A DNA stretch of 63,383 nucleotides, filler included, from Choristocarpus tenellus KU-1152 (Eukaryota; Protista; Phaeophyceae), in the NCBI GenBank assembly GCA_964200185.2. It is 6 parts of 6 records of this genome, joined end to end, with 100 filler letters (N's around TTAATTAATTAA, not from the genome) between each part and the next. Parts side by side here need not be neighbours in the genome. Positions count along the whole stretch, not along the records: positions 24,695 to 30,927 come from CAXNAD020008614.1; positions 31,028 to 35,236 come from CAXNAD020015688.1; positions 35,337 to 48,404 come from CAXNAD020001598.1; 3 more parts are not named here. One strand, written 5' to 3'. The notes below the pieces were generated by a model that ran no database searches, had not been told where the DNA came from, and saw only the letters and a list, made by a program, of their open reading frames with translations. Position numbers and translations under genes: made by a program. Below are positions 26,501 through 40,254 of the stretch, piece by piece; positions within the stretch are counted from its first letter, which is position 1; each line of letters begins with the position of its first letter.

Positions 26501-27479
26501 CTTGCCCAACTCTGCGCTGGATGTGGGTAGTAGGATGTTGCCGCCTTGCGCAGTGGTCAAATGCGTCGTAGGCAATGACTGCTCAGTTGTCCTGGTGAAG
26601 GGGCAGGACATGTGAACAGCCAGGACTTCATACCTTATGGGATTGATGCATGGCTTGAAAATTACTCAAAATGTGGGAACAGTGACCAATAATTTTCGAA
26701 GTATTATTACTAAGTTTGAAAATTATTAATTGTGAAAATTATTCGTTGTCGTGGACCGATATTGTTTTAAGAACTGAAACACATCTTTTTGTTCTTGACT
26801 GATGATCTGTTCATGACGATTGTGTTGCATTTTATGGTACGGATTTTCGTTTGGAATAAGAATAGTCTTTTGTTGAATGTTTCGCATTTAGAACGCTTGT
26901 ATAAATATTATCCAACAGTTGCCTATTTGCCAAACGTTTGTTCAACGAAACTTCTGTTACAAAACATACACGCCTGTCCAGTTGCAGTCCAACCCACCCT
27001 GCTCATTCCAGCATATAATGTTTTCTGAGTCACAGTCATCGCAACAGCAGTGAGGAAGCACTGCATACCTGTGGAACGTAGCCGGTCTAGCCTTCCCAGA
27101 CATGTCTAGGCCCTAGTAAGACGCGGTATACATACTATTGCATGTTGTTCCTCCGCTGTTTTAGCAGTGTGGTACTGTTTCTTCACCTAGAGGTCACAGC
27201 TTACAGCAGTCAGTTTGAATTCCTTCCTACATCACAAGTTGATTTCGGAGTTGCTGCCTCGTTTTCTGTCACCCTAAATAGTCTCTGTTACTCTGATACC
27301 ACTCATCATATGTGCGTCGCGTTTCCTCTACGGAATACATTTCCCTATCATCCAGGAAAAGACATAAATTTATACCCAACCTAGCCTCAGTCATTGAACC
27401 ATTAGTTCATCTTAATAAGAAAGGTGTCAGTAAGAACATTGTTACAGATAGGGAAGGGATCAGGATGTGGCATTTTTCA

Positions 27480-29070
27480 GAGTGAAAATTTCCTCATTGT
27501 AGCCAGGGTTCTTGTTTTTCCTTACTGTACCAACGAGTTTGTCGTCCATATTGATGACAGTGAGAGTGGTCCTGGAAACTTTTTAGCATAACCTCGATCC
27601 AATAATCCTAATGACCTGGGTATCACTGCTTACTTTAGCAAGAAATTTTAGGAAGGTCAACGTCACTATTTAGCTGCATCGAGAGAGTGCTATGTATCAC
27701 TCACTGACGACCGTATCTCGAGATAGGCATTTACCTGCATTATATATATTATGCCACACCACTGTGTTGCTTGTATAGAATATCTCGAGGTAGGCACTTT
27801 ACCTGCATTATATATATAATGCCACACTGTGTTGCTTGTATAGAATGCAGGATTCCATTAACATACTCACTCGTTGGTCTATTGCACTTCAAGGTTATGG
27901 TTTCAGTGTCAAGTGTAAGTCCAGTAAGCTAAATGTTGTAACTGACATCTATTTCACATTTCCAAATTCAAAGAATAGGATAAATCCATTGCTCCAATGC
28001 TGGCACCCATCTGTCATAGTTTACCCAATCTTGCAACTACTACACATGTTCAAAAGGAATATGAGTTGTCTTGACCAAGGAATTCCCATCCAAATTGATC
28101 GTGAACAATTTACTAGTTCCACTACTGATTTCCCTACAGCTGACCTGGGGCAAATGAGCGAGGAGCAGGAGCCTGAGTACGGACCATACTTCAGGTATTT
28201 GCAGTCCCCCAGTGTCGTCCCACCACCTGATAAGGAATTGATAACATCTATGTCGTTTGTATTCCTTCGGCATGGCTTACTGTATTGTTTAATTTTACCA
28301 GGCCACCTTCGTAAGAGGAGCACGTTTAGAGACCAGTTGATCGTTCCTCACTCGTTAGTTCGGATCATATTTCAGGAATATCAAACGCTTGAGACTGCTC
28401 AAAACAAAACTACGCTTCCCACCAGACACATGCCCGTTGACAAACCATTTCAACGTGTTGGTATTGATTTGGTGGAGTACAAAACATGTTCCCCAGCAGC
28501 AAATGGTGTGATGTGCTCATAGATCTCGTCTGTCATTGATCACTTCGGTCGTTTTGTTGTGCTTGCCCTGTTCCAAACAAAGAGGGCGCAGCAATTGCTC
28601 GTACACTGATAGAACGTTTATGTTTATTTCTTAGCCCACCTCATTTGTTACACTCCGATCAAGGTACCCAACTTCAAAACTGTATCGTTGCAGAGTTACA
28701 GTCCTTTGGTTACAAGAGTACAAAACCACACCGTATCACCCCCAAGTAAATTATGTGTTAGAGAGAGTACAAGCTATGTTGCATTCGATGCTAGCAATGC
28801 ATATCTCTGTTGCTGGGGATAACTGGGCATCGTTGCTGCCTTTCATAGAGTTAGCCCATAACACAACTTTCAGTGCAGAGTTACATGCAACCCCATTCTT
28901 CCTTCTGTTGTGAAGACAAGCTCATTTACCTGTTGATATCATCCTTGGTTCATCTGATGCTGCTTCAGATGTCACTACTGAAGAGTTTACTCAGCAAACC
29001 AAAGATGATTTACAGGTCATATTTGAGTTGGCACGTCGTAGCCTCCGTGAACACAAAATCAGGAACGTGC
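27480..29070 (+). mobile_element. Ty3/Gypsy pol remnant (RNase H - integrase), decayed
   Basis: LTRWSIALQGYGFSVK, QLIVPHSL, PFQRVGIDLVEY, LHSDQGTQ, NWASLLPFIELAHNT; multiple frameshifts; local 66-bp tandem duplication at ~27715-27845. Confidence 0.85.
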
Positions 29071-29400
29071 CAACCAACGTCTTATGGTTGTTAAAACCTT
29101 GAATTGCATTAATCATTTGGTTCTCATGAAGTGCTCTGCGTAGAGGTTTGAAGTCTTGCATGTAAAGAGGGGACCTAGTGCACTGAAACACTGATGAATT
29201 CAATGTGATGGACCTTGGGGCATGTTTAGTGTAGAGTCTGGTTGAATACTGGAATGTGTGTACGGTTTTGATGTCTATTGAAATGAAGTGATGCATGCTC
29301 TGAGTAGAGGTTTGGTACCTTGCGAAGGAAGGTTGTGGATATGTTATCTCTGAATACATATCATCCAGTTGTGTATGGGGTAGACTTAATCTAAAGTGAA

Positions 29401-29650
29401 GAGTGAAAGTATCTTAGAGGGTACGAGTTCTTTCCCTGTTTGTCCATTTGGGGCTTGACTTTCCACGGGTTTTTAATGACACTCCGAAACATTTTGGAGT
29501 AGGTAAAATGTATACATTATGAAAAGTTGTGCCCAGAACAAGGATATCGACATCTCCTAACAAATATGATAGCCAAAATGAATCAAAATCGCAACGTTGG
29601 ATTTTGGCCCCCAAATGGACGAGGCTGTACCCTCTAAGATACGTTGACTC
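29401..29650. mobile_element. MITE family A, complete (~250 bp)
   Basis: TIRs GAGTGAAAGTATCTTAGAGGGTA / TACCCTCTAAGATACGTTGACTC; TGAA on both flanks (4-bp TSD). Confidence 0.9.
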
Positions 29651-30224
29651 TGAATTTGAAGTATAAATTGGGCCAATACGAAGCAAAGAAAAATTTGTAC
29701 GATGTAACTTTTTTTTTTTCTATGGGAAACAGCGAAGAAAAGACCTGAATCTGGTTCTGAGTGAACTCATCTGTTACAGCATGCCCCTGAACTCACCTCC
29801 ACAGGATGTGTAACTCAAATCCAACGACCTTAAAACGACGTTTTTGGGGGCGTTGCCCTTGGTAACAGTTTGTAGGGTGTCAGGTAGCCTTCTCTCTTGA
29901 TATTCCACTCAGTGCTTAGCTCAAGGCTCGTCTCAAAGTTTCGTTCAAGATAAAAGACTGGTAAGAGGGGTATAAAAGTGTTTTCACTAAAAGCCCTCTA
30001 TTATTTTCATCATCCACCCAATTTCTTTGGTCTTCTATGCAGCTGCTCTATACGTACTCCAATCATAAACCTTCATTCTCCATCTTCTTAGGAACTTTGA
30101 CATTTTTCTTCTCGAATGATATGTATGCATTCCGAATCTTACTCTGTATCTTCTATGAAATCAGTATTTATTCTGTAAGGCTACCTATGTGCTACTAATA
30201 TTGTATATTGTTTGCACTTGTTAG

Positions 30225-30380
30225 AACGCGAGAAACAATCCTGGCATTATTCGTCTCTCACAAACGTTCGTGTTTGCTAAAGCATGAGAAGAAATGCTCG
30301 CGCTATTCGCATGTAACAAATGCTCGGACTTTGTTAGAACACAAGAAGAAATGCTCGCGCTATTCGCCTGTAACACGTCT
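30225..30380. repeat. Short degenerate tandem repeat (~57 bp, 2-3 units)
   Basis: agaagaaatgctcgcgctattcgc.tgtaaca repeated at ~30287 and ~30345. Confidence 0.75.
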
Positions 30381-30559
30381 ATGTCACATACTATGTATGT
30401 TGAAGAATGTATACTAGTTTCAGGGATCAAGTGCACTGTAGTTATAAATACTGCAACGACGGGTCGTACTTACACACCATGTGGAATGGTACGTGCGCAA
30501 TCTCAGTGCATCCGCATAAAGTGACTAATACTACTAGACGAATCACCAGTCAATTTAGT

Positions 30560-30860
30560 TGGTGGCAGTGTACAGTATCCATGGACTAAGGAGAATGTAA
30601 CCCGTGTTTTAACATCTTTCCCCGTTTTCGTACCTGGCGATCAAGTTCTCTAGCCTATAGGTCACATAAGAGTACTGGTGGTCCGAATCCGAAGTTTATC
30701 CTTGGAGGGATCCGTGTGAAGTGCATTCTACGGTATCACCCACCATGTACAGGTTCGTATTGCCTGGAAACCCACGTCCATTTTCCGTTCATCTTGGTAG
30801 AATGAAACGTTACTATCTCCAAGTCAAACTTCCCTCACCAGATTTAAATGAACTCTGTTA
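30560..30860 (+). mobile_element. Possible Gypsy integrase C-terminal remnant
   Basis: Fragments FVPGDQVL, GPNPKF and SVHLGRMKRY resemble the GPY/F-like module. Confidence 0.5.
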
Positions 30861-33408
30861 AAGAAACTGGTGTTCCCAAGACTTGTGTGTGTAAATAACT
30901 CGATTATTTCCTCATTATGTAGAACAGNNNNNNNNNNNNNNNNNNNNNNNNNNNNNNNNNNNNNNNNNNNNTTAATTAATTAANNNNNNNNNNNNNNNNN
31001 NNNNNNNNNNNNNNNNNNNNNNNNNNNAGACCTTGATTATCAGACCAAGAGCAACCCAGAGCCATGCATATACAGTCATGACCTCCCCGATACCCCTACA
31101 CACACCCCAATGGTCGTGGCTACGGGTCGCATGTGGTTGAAGTCACACTTACGCCTTTGACGTTCAGGTCCTGACCGAGCTCCTCGGGCACCTGCCGCCA
31201 GTGCCGTAGCCAAAGAGGAAGGAGCTCTGGCGCCGCCGACTCAATTTGAGCTGCAGTATCCTCCATAGAAGCTCTTCTTGTGCCAGCGGGTATAGGATTG
31301 TGTTTGTGTTCGAGTTTGCGTGTTTGGGGAGATTGAGTCCCTACGCGAATGCGGTGGAGCACATATTTCCAACACCGCAGTAGTTCAGCTTGCCACAATT
31401 GGTTCTAAGGGGCACACCGAACGAAATCGTTTTCTCTATCTTGACATGACATCAACTCTGTTGGGGTAGCAGCTCGTACTCTGCTTCGAGTAGTTCAACT
31501 GGAGCACTTCGGATAGGTATGCAAAGCAGTGACTACTCGACCTCGACAAGTACCTGTGAGTCAACGTAATCACAGTTCTACTTCTTTTTGCCTTCGAGAG
31601 GTCGACTTCACAACTTTCAGTCTCAAGTACGGTAACACGATAACAAGCTACACATGCAACCAACTACGTTCGTCGCCAAAGGTTGAAGGTGTTAGAGCAA
31701 GTTCGAGATTGCAGGTCAGGTTAACTTCAGTCGATCTCTTTCTTGTTGCATAAGGTAGCACGACTTCCAGCATCCACTATCCCGATCGAATACTATGGCC
31801 AAGTAAGGGCCATTGGAATGGACTCGTTAGCACGACGTACCTCAAGGTCTTCATTCGCACCCGTTCGGGGTTCGTGTCTGACGACGGTGAAATCACACAG
31901 GGAAAGCCTTGCTCCTCGGGCACCAACAATGACACCTCCGGCGCGTCCTGCCTCGACATCGATGTATCCATTCGTACGTCGAGTAGTCAAGGACCACAGA
32001 AGGAATGGAACGACGAATTGCATGTTGCGTTTCACTGTGTAGAGCATTCAGAAGTTTGGTAACCAGAAATGGATAGGTTGCTCTAGTCACTCTGAGAATC
32101 ACTGACTCGATTTCCGCACCTGTGGGGTGTCCGTATGAGACATGCTGCCTTTGCCAACAGGTCTCGAGCTGGCGAGCTCGAATCTAGCCTTGAAAGAGAC
32201 CCAGCCCTGAACCTTAGCAGCAAGTGATAGAGAGCAAGCAAGGAATAATCTCCCCACCTGAACTAGCATAACACGCCAAGCGCTGCAAGGATTGTCTCCA
32301 CCACACGACTTTGTGGGTGGCTTGACTGCTGAAACAAAATCCTCTCTGTGGGGAGTGTGAGACGTCAACCTCCCTCTTGAGTCTCTTGAGGGGGTCGTTC
32401 GTGTTAATAGTCTGATGCTTTCGTTGATGCTTGATTGAATGCAGCATCCTGAAGATGCGAGATTCGAGTCCCAACACCGTGGTCCGGCAAAAACTCGGAA
32501 AGTGCCGTTTCAACGAATATAAGATCCGACGATATTTAATTCGCTTATAGAAGTGCGTGGATGATTTTGTCCAATGAATGAGTTTCAAAACGGCAAGAAT
32601 TTGATAGTATTGTATCATCTTTCGTCATTGGTCGGTAACTGCCTTCTATTGTGCTTCCTACTCTCGCCTCTTTGAAGAAGAAGCCGGCCATTACATCGGA
32701 ACATACAACTGTTTAACTCTGCGATTTCCTACTTTCTAGGTTACTGTGCAACTGGTGAGATGACTTTCTACTTCGAAACTTATTTTTTAAGTCCAATTAC
32801 ATTTATTGGTAAGATGTTGTGATGAGTGATAAGAAGTTGGGTACAACTTATTGTACCTATCAAAGATTGAACAATTTACCTGCGTACCACACATTCGTCA
32901 TTCCGTATTTGTTCCATGCATTCCAATATTTTTTAATACGTATATCTGTAAGCATGATCGAAGATTTCAAGGAGATAGACTTGTACCCAAACCAGGATGA
33001 GGTATTCCAAGACTAGGGGGTTCAGTATATATTGAAACATTTAGAACATAATTTGGTAGTAACGATAGTGTTGGAGTTGTTGGTTTCTTGTTTTCAAATA
33101 TACAACTATAGTCACTCCACTAGAGACATGGAATATATTGAAGACTACTATTAATTGTTGCTGTGTTTGATGTAGTGTAATTGAGAAATATTCGTGGCCT
33201 TTTTTGTACCCTGGAGCGCGATTTCTTCCTTAATCGTCTCCTCTTCTTCACTGTCCTGATAATGGGAATAATGTACATTTCGGACAAGGAAATTATGATG
33301 TCAGACCGAGTATTTTATCACATGTCTACTATACTCAAAGAGCCTAAATCGACCCTCCTCTACGATACCATGACTTATTGCAACATCTGCAATATATCAG
33401 TGGACTAA

Positions 33409-33582
33409 CCCAAAGTATCTGGGGGGAAGGGTCTAGACCGGGGTGTCCATTTGGCCCATACCCAGGAAAAGTGCACTTACATTATCCATCCGACGTATGT
33501 AACCAAATCACCCAAAAATTGCGATATGGAAAAAATTGACCCCAAATGGACAGATACCCCCCCCCCCCAGATACATTGAGCC
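33409..33582. mobile_element. MITE family D
   Basis: CCAAAGTATCTGGGGG...CCCCCAGATACATTGAGCC; related ends abut the spacers at 24695, 48505 and 53166. Confidence 0.7.
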
Positions 33583-33673
33583 ACTTAAAAATACTTAATA
33601 AATATATATAATCCAGATATTATCACACAAGATCACCACTCACACATGTGGGTATACGCATGCCAAATACTGT

Positions 33674-34113
33674 GAGCCAAACCAAATGAAAGGTTGTAGG
33701 AGGGTTTTTTTCAAAGTCACCTTTCTTACCCTGTACCATACACTCTATTTCATTGCTTTATATGCACAAAAGTGGACGCAAAATTGATATTCCCCCTTTT
33801 CACATACAAAGCGACACCACAACTCAGCAAAAATTATTTCTCCACTTGTCTGGAGCCAAACAAATTGAGAGGTAGGCAGGAGTTGTATGTTAAGGATTCC
33901 GAGAAAGGCGAAGAAGATTACATTTTGTACAGCTGCAGAATGATTTTTTCCTTAGTTTTAGTGTCACTTTGTATGTGAAAAGGAGGGATATCAATTTTGC
34001 GTACACTATTGTGCACATAAAGCAATGAAATAGAGTGTATGGCACAGGGTAAGAACGATTGCTTAGAGTGCAAGAAGGGTCCAAACATGCCTAGCTCTCA
34101 ATTGCTTTGACTC
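33674..34113. mobile_element. Two MITE family B copies in inverted arrangement (partial 33674-33850 + complete 33853-34113), forming a ~130-bp-arm inverted repeat
   Basis: 33722-33850 is the reverse complement of ~33925-34056; ends GAGCCAAAC...TTTGACTC; flanks TCTG/TCAG. Confidence 0.8.
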
Positions 34114-34298
34114 TCAGTTCTTGCTGTCATGTTTTTCTCAACAATATATTTTGTTGGCGCACATTTCATTAGAAAGTTTCCATACATATTCAAGTCGTAA
34201 GTGTCCTAAAGGGTGGGGTGCATTGTTGAATCGTAGGGGTCTATATATGGGAGAGATTTATTTTCGTCTTTTCGATCACTTGTACATCGCGCCACTCT

Positions 34299-34552
34299 GA
34301 GTCAAAGTATCTTAGAGGGTAGAGCCGCGTCCGTTTGGGGGCAAATCCAATGTTGCGACTTTGACGTAATTTTGGCTATCATGTTTGTAAGGAAGTGTCA
34401 ATATCCTTGTTCCAGACACACCTTTTAATGAAGTATACACTTTACCTACTCAACATTTAAGAGTAGGTAAATGTAATAAAATATCTCGTGGGAAGCCAAG
34501 CCTCAAACAGACAAACAGGGCAAAACTCGTACCCTCTAAGATATTTTCACTC
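34299..34552. mobile_element. MITE family A, complete
   Basis: TIRs GAGTCAAAGTATCTTAGAGGGTA / TACCCTCTAAGATATTTTCACTC; internal hairpin TTTACCTACTC-N9-GAGTAGGTAAA. Confidence 0.9.
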
Positions 34553-36502
34553 TCTCAAACCCATGACAAGACCTCTATGTTGAGAGTCTCATTTACCACA
34601 GCCGCAGCAAGCAAACAGATCATATTTCATTCATTTCAGGTTAAAAATGAGGGATTAGGCACAAAGTTGAAAATGCTGCAATGATTCGAAGAGGCTAATA
34701 CCTGACACTTGACCAGGAGTCAGAACAATTCCTGGATGAGTTGATGAGTCATGTAGTTGGTGATAGGGAGGTTGGAGGTTGCAGGAAGAGAGCGGTGAAG
34801 GTCGCATCTGCGACTTGTTGTGTTGTCATGACTCAAGTGGCTATTTCAAGGCATTTCAAGATCTTCAAGCAGAGACACTGAACCACTGAGAAAGACGAGG
34901 GTTGACAGACACAGGTGGGAATCTTCCCTTGTTTCAAGGAGCCCCTCATAGAGCCAGTCTAGGAGTTCTTTGAGCTGTGTGTGTCCTATCATCATATATT
35001 TCTTGGTTTTATTATAAAACGCAACTAGCAGTACATAAGTTTCTGGCGTGAATGAAGTTTGTTTGAGCTAAATGAAGGTTCAAGTATCTCGAGGGGGAGT
35101 GTCGGCGTCCGTTTTTCATCCTTTTTTCGATTTTCACTTTTTTGGTGTAATTTAGTCGCACATGTCAGATTTGAAATGTCAGCAAAAAAAATAGTTGTTT
35201 GACCGAAACGGACGCCCCCTCACAAACCACTCCCCCNNNNNNNNNNNNNNNNNNNNNNNNNNNNNNNNNNNNNNNNNNNNTTAATTAATTAANNNNNNNN
35301 NNNNNNNNNNNNNNNNNNNNNNNNNNNNNNNNNNNNTCTTATCCTGTGCCCCCAGCCAACCAGAATTCTCCCGCCCACAAAACTCAGTTTACTTCATAAA
35401 CTCTCACCTTTTTGAGTATGTCGAAAAAAGCGGTACAAAATGCATATTTTTTGATTTGGTTAATAATATTTGGCCCAAAATAGGGGCACCTACTGTATAG
35501 ATGAATTGCGAAAGAAAAAAACTGTGCGTTTAAGTGCAAAACGGTCACTGGATACCTTTTGTTTACTTCGGCTCAGAATTATTATTGACTCAACTTTATG
35601 TGTCAACACGGTAGACTTCCTCCGTCTTTCATGAAGTTGTCACCAAGGGAAAGGGAGGATTACAAGCGTGAAGCAAAAATATCTTGACGGGTACAACTAC
35701 TGCTGCTGCTGTTGTAACTACTATTGCACTGCAAGCAATTAATTGTAGTATTGCCTCTGTATATTATGGCCTGCTTTCGTTCATTGGTTTTAGCCATCCC
35801 ACGGCTCGTGTACATACATGTCGCTCACAAATAGGGGAAGTAGTGCCTTAGCTAGTGGGGAAGGAGTGGCATAACCTCTACCACACAACATCCTCTTCAA
35901 GATAAAAACCACTGAGCCGTAAACAGAACTAGAGAACAGAGTGAATGGTTTAACATCAGGGTCCGTTGATAGTGTTAATATGTGGGGGTTCACAATTCAT
36001 GACTCGGAGTTTGTTAAGTGGAATTGGCAAAGAATATTTCTTCTTGCTCCTATACGTCTCCTCTTCTTGTTGGTAGGATTCAGTCGTGGAAGGAGGAGAG
36101 GTATGATGGAAAACTGTGGTGGTGATGGTACCAAGGCAGCGCGAAAAATCTCATGAACATAAAATAGTGACCATCTCATCGACTAAAGTCACACATAGAC
36201 TCACAGAAGAGGAAAGCCTGCACAAAAATCTTGTTCTCCACACTCCCTCACCAAAGGAAAGAAAAGACAATGTTGATGGGATAGGTCTCACACTTCATTA
36301 CCAACAATCATCAACATGCACATATTATTGCCTTTTACAAATGACAATATTGGTATTTAAAATAGTGTATAATTCACATGTACACATAAACATCCAGACG
36401 GTCACCATAAACTCCCACTCACAAAACGATTACATTGTGTGACACCTTACACCATTGACTCACAGATCCACACAACGATCTGGTCGACGCATCCTTTGCA
36501 CA

Positions 36503-39500
36503 ATGCGAATTGGAGTTGCTCTCCTGACATTCCTGTGCTGTGCACACAATGCTTCATCCTTCCTGGCGGGAGGGGGGTTCAGGGGTTCTCCAAACATGAA
36601 CAGGATGCCCCAAGCCAAGTCGATGTCGATGGTTAGCGATGCTAAAGTGCCAGAGTCGGTGACGCGTACGGTAGCAGCATTTATTCTCGGAGCGTCGTTG
36701 CTTTGTGCAGGTAGCCCTAGCCTCGCAGACGGTGGAACGAAGAGATTCTCTCTTCCCCCAATTTCTGATTCGCCAGACCGCTGTACCTTCAAATCATCTG
36801 CAATGGGTCAAGCAAATGCGGCGAGGGATAAGCTCTATGACCTGAGGGAGTGCAAACTTAGGTACGCTACCTTAACCAGCCTTCACGATGTCACCGCGTC
36901 GTAAATCTGGGTATTATGTAACTTGCATCGATCTATGTTATTCTTGACTTCTACTCTCCCCTGGCTTGGCACCGACCGTGGTTAGGTTGGGATGAGTTTC
37001 CTTTGCAGAGAATGGACCCATCTCTAATGTTAATTCACAATGAATTAAACTGCATAATTGAATCGGTGAAAGCTGTGTTTCTAGTATGGGGTTTTTGAAT
37101 CCTACAATATTTTCACCATTGTTGGATCATGCTGTTTGGAATATTTCGGTACAATGGTGGGGAGTAGGGAAAGAGGCGGGGTGGGAGGTGCCTTGGGAAG
37201 CCTGGTGAGAAATCTTTCTCAGTTGTTGCTGGGCTTTGCGACACTTCAAAAACTGGCTACGAAAGGTTCACACAATGAATGCATCAGTGATATTTTTCGA
37301 ATATCAATGAAAAGTTCATCTTCCCCCCTCAATGCACTTGATGTTGTTGCTTTCCCTTCAAGTGGCCTGTCTGCAGCAGGTTTTGATTTGTCTGGCGTGA
37401 TCGCATCGGAGGCTGACTTCTCAAAGACAGACTTCAAGGAGGTGACTATGTCCAAGGCCTACGCCAGGGTGAGGATGGAGAACTATATTTGCATGTATCA
37501 TTTTGTGTGAGCAGATACTTCTGTTGCTTGAAGCAAGGAACTCAAATCTTCGATATCTCTTCGTCACCACCATGCTGAGCTTGCGCTTGGTATAAGATCC
37601 GTTCAAACCATCTAGCGACAAAGAATATAGATGAACTCAACTCAAGACTTTACATGTGGTTCAAGTCCAAACTTCCTACACTTTGTATTTATACACTGCT
37701 ATCCCATACGTACCGGTGGCACTAAAAGCTGTCTGAAGTTGACTGTTTAGGTTTTGGATATCTCTTGGTGGTGTGAAAGTTCTAACTGCTTTAAGCCATG
37801 TGGATGATCAAACCTTCTGCTCCTGCTTTGAGGTGCCGACTTTTTTGAAAACACGATCTGACCGTCAGAGTCATAACTTCGCGTTTTTCAAGTATTTTTG
37901 CTATGTTAACACCTATAAAAACTTTTGAGGTAAACAAGCAAACTTCTCGCGCTTAGTCGCTTCTGAATCCCAGTTCTGAACAAATTCTTTGTAGGGTTTT
38001 GTCCTCTCTTCTCTGCACGTCCTTGAATATTCACCACCTGAGAGTTATGCCATGGTTGGGCAAGCAGTGTTGACGAGTTGATGAAAAAGGGGGATCAATC
38101 CCTTTGCAGCTATGCTGTCTTCCTTGTAGGCCTCAAAAGATCGAGGATAAAGAGGGGGGTGTGAGCGGGCGGAGATGGAGGGAACTGTGGAATGAAGTTT
38201 GAACCATCAATGCCTCTACCTTCATGCCTGGCACCCCTAGACCGGACCCTATACTGCTCTTTGTAACCGAGGATCCTATGCACATAGATTCAAGATATAT
38301 ACTAGGTTTGATTTATTTATGTATTTGAAAATTTCTAATCTTTTCTCATTAGATGCCTTTTATGTGAGGAGTTCAGTGATTTTCATGGCGACAAATGGAC
38401 ACAGTGTAGAACACTCTACTGCCTGCTGACTACACTGATACAAGATTGAATTAGGGCGATTTGCAGATTGTCAGGAGAGCTTTTCTTGTTGCTGAGATTT
38501 TCATATAACTCCACCTTACAGCCCATATCCCTGTGTCATCCCACCCTACATTGGCATTTTTTCTCCTCTCACGTTGGATGTCTCTTCCAAGAATTCTAAC
38601 TTTGATGGTGCAGACTTCACGAATGCAGTGGTCGACAGAGTGTCCTTCGATGGATCCTCCATGCAGGTTGGAAGGGCAACAAGGTTCAAATGCTCAAATT
38701 TTAAATGTTGGTCTGTATGAAGTAGACTGTTCTTTTATTACCCTGTTCTGTACATGCGCAATCTTTTTCTCACTCTATAGTGTTGAACCTTCTTCCGCAT
38801 CTGTGTGTTAGTTCCCCTCACCGCTAACCGCCATCTAATTTTTTTGCTAGATTTGTGCAGTAAGGATGATTGGACTACTGTTGTTGTGCAATGTCACCCC
38901 CTATTTATTTGGCAACTTTATCTTTCTCCCTCTCTATTGACAACCTTGGAACAACTAGCAATGCAAAAGTCTTAGTTTCCTCTCTCATCTGGATTCCATC
39001 TTGTGGTTTAACTCCTTGAACAAAATCGTGTGCCACTTCGCCTCCTTTGTTGCTCATTTACCTGGGAAATTTAACGGTTGGTACAGGGTACCATTTTCAC
39101 AAATGCGGTGCTGACGAGCACCAGTTTCACTGATGCAAACATTGAGAATGCCGACTTCACCGAGGTAAGTTTAATGGGGATAAAGTAGATTCACCCACTC
39201 GAGACTGCAATTTCGTTATAGATGTTACTGTACTGCTGTGGACGTACCGGTTTCAAGAACTCATTATCTGTTTCACAGATATCCCATGATAGGGGAAATT
39301 ATCCCACTCGATGCGAGTTTGTCTGAGTAAGGGACTACAGAGTATGCGGTGTATGGTTTTTTATTTTTATTTTTAATATTTTCTCTTTTTTGGTCTCACT
39401 CACAAATGAAATAATGGAACAAATACGTCTGTACTTCTTTGTGGTTTTACGTCCACTTCTCTTTATGTCAGGCATACATGGGGGACTTCGACCAGAAGAA

Positions 39501-39585
39501 CCTGTGTAAGAACCCATCTCTTCAGGGTAAGAATCCTGTCACAGGAGCCTCAACCCGAGAGAGTGCAGGGTGCCCTAGTAAGTAG
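36503..39585 (+). CDS. TL17: Thylakoid lumenal 17.4 kDa pentapeptide-repeat protein (TL17-like), plastid-targeted, ~243 aa, 5 exons: 36503-36861, 37363-37468, 38592-38666, 39087-39164, 39472-39585
   Basis: Signal peptide ending ASS-F, transit peptide, hydrophobic lumen signal ending SLA; mature part LPPI..PDRC...GQANAARDKLYDLRECK...FDLSG...MSKAYA..NFDGADFTNAVVDRV.F...NAVL...ADFTE...LCKNP...NPVTGASTRESAGC; 732-nt continuous frame. Confidence 0.93.
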
Positions 39586-40254
39586 GATCTGAGGGGCTGA
39601 AGAGTTTCTTTCAAGAGTAGCAAAGGATTGGGGGGGTTGGGCTGTCTGTGCAGTAAGGCCTGTGTTTGACCTGCAATACATTGTGTGGTTCCTAGCATTA
39701 TTATTGCCTTCCGATTGGTCTATTGGAGTTCCTCTTGTTATCCAGAAGTGTAACACAGAGGATGTACGTCCAAAAAAGTAGTTGCAAAAATTGGGAATAG
39801 ACTGACAAAAGAAACGTAAAGATTGATCGCCATGTACACACACATATATGTATGCAGATCATGGGTCTAGCTGACAGTCTCGATGTACCGAGGCAAGGAC
39901 AGCAGTCAAGTTAAACACTGGTGTGCCATGTGTTATTGGTTTCGTAAGTTGACACAGTTGATTCTTGGATGTTGCAATTCCCGTAGTCTTGAGCTATTAA
40001 TAGTGATGAGCTCAAAAAAAGGAGGCATTCTGCTGGACAGGAGGGACCCTGACAGCGTAAGTGTGTAGTGTGAATATGGGAGAGTAGCTGCTCGTTAAAT
40101 TTCAAGCAGATTGACTGATGACAAGGTTAGGGACAATAATATTAGGTGCTTGAACGGGGATGAGTTGGAGATGTGCTGATAGAGATAATGTAATGAGAAG
40201 GGGTTGAGATACTCGACACGTCTACATTTGAGTACAGTAAATTGAATGTGCACA

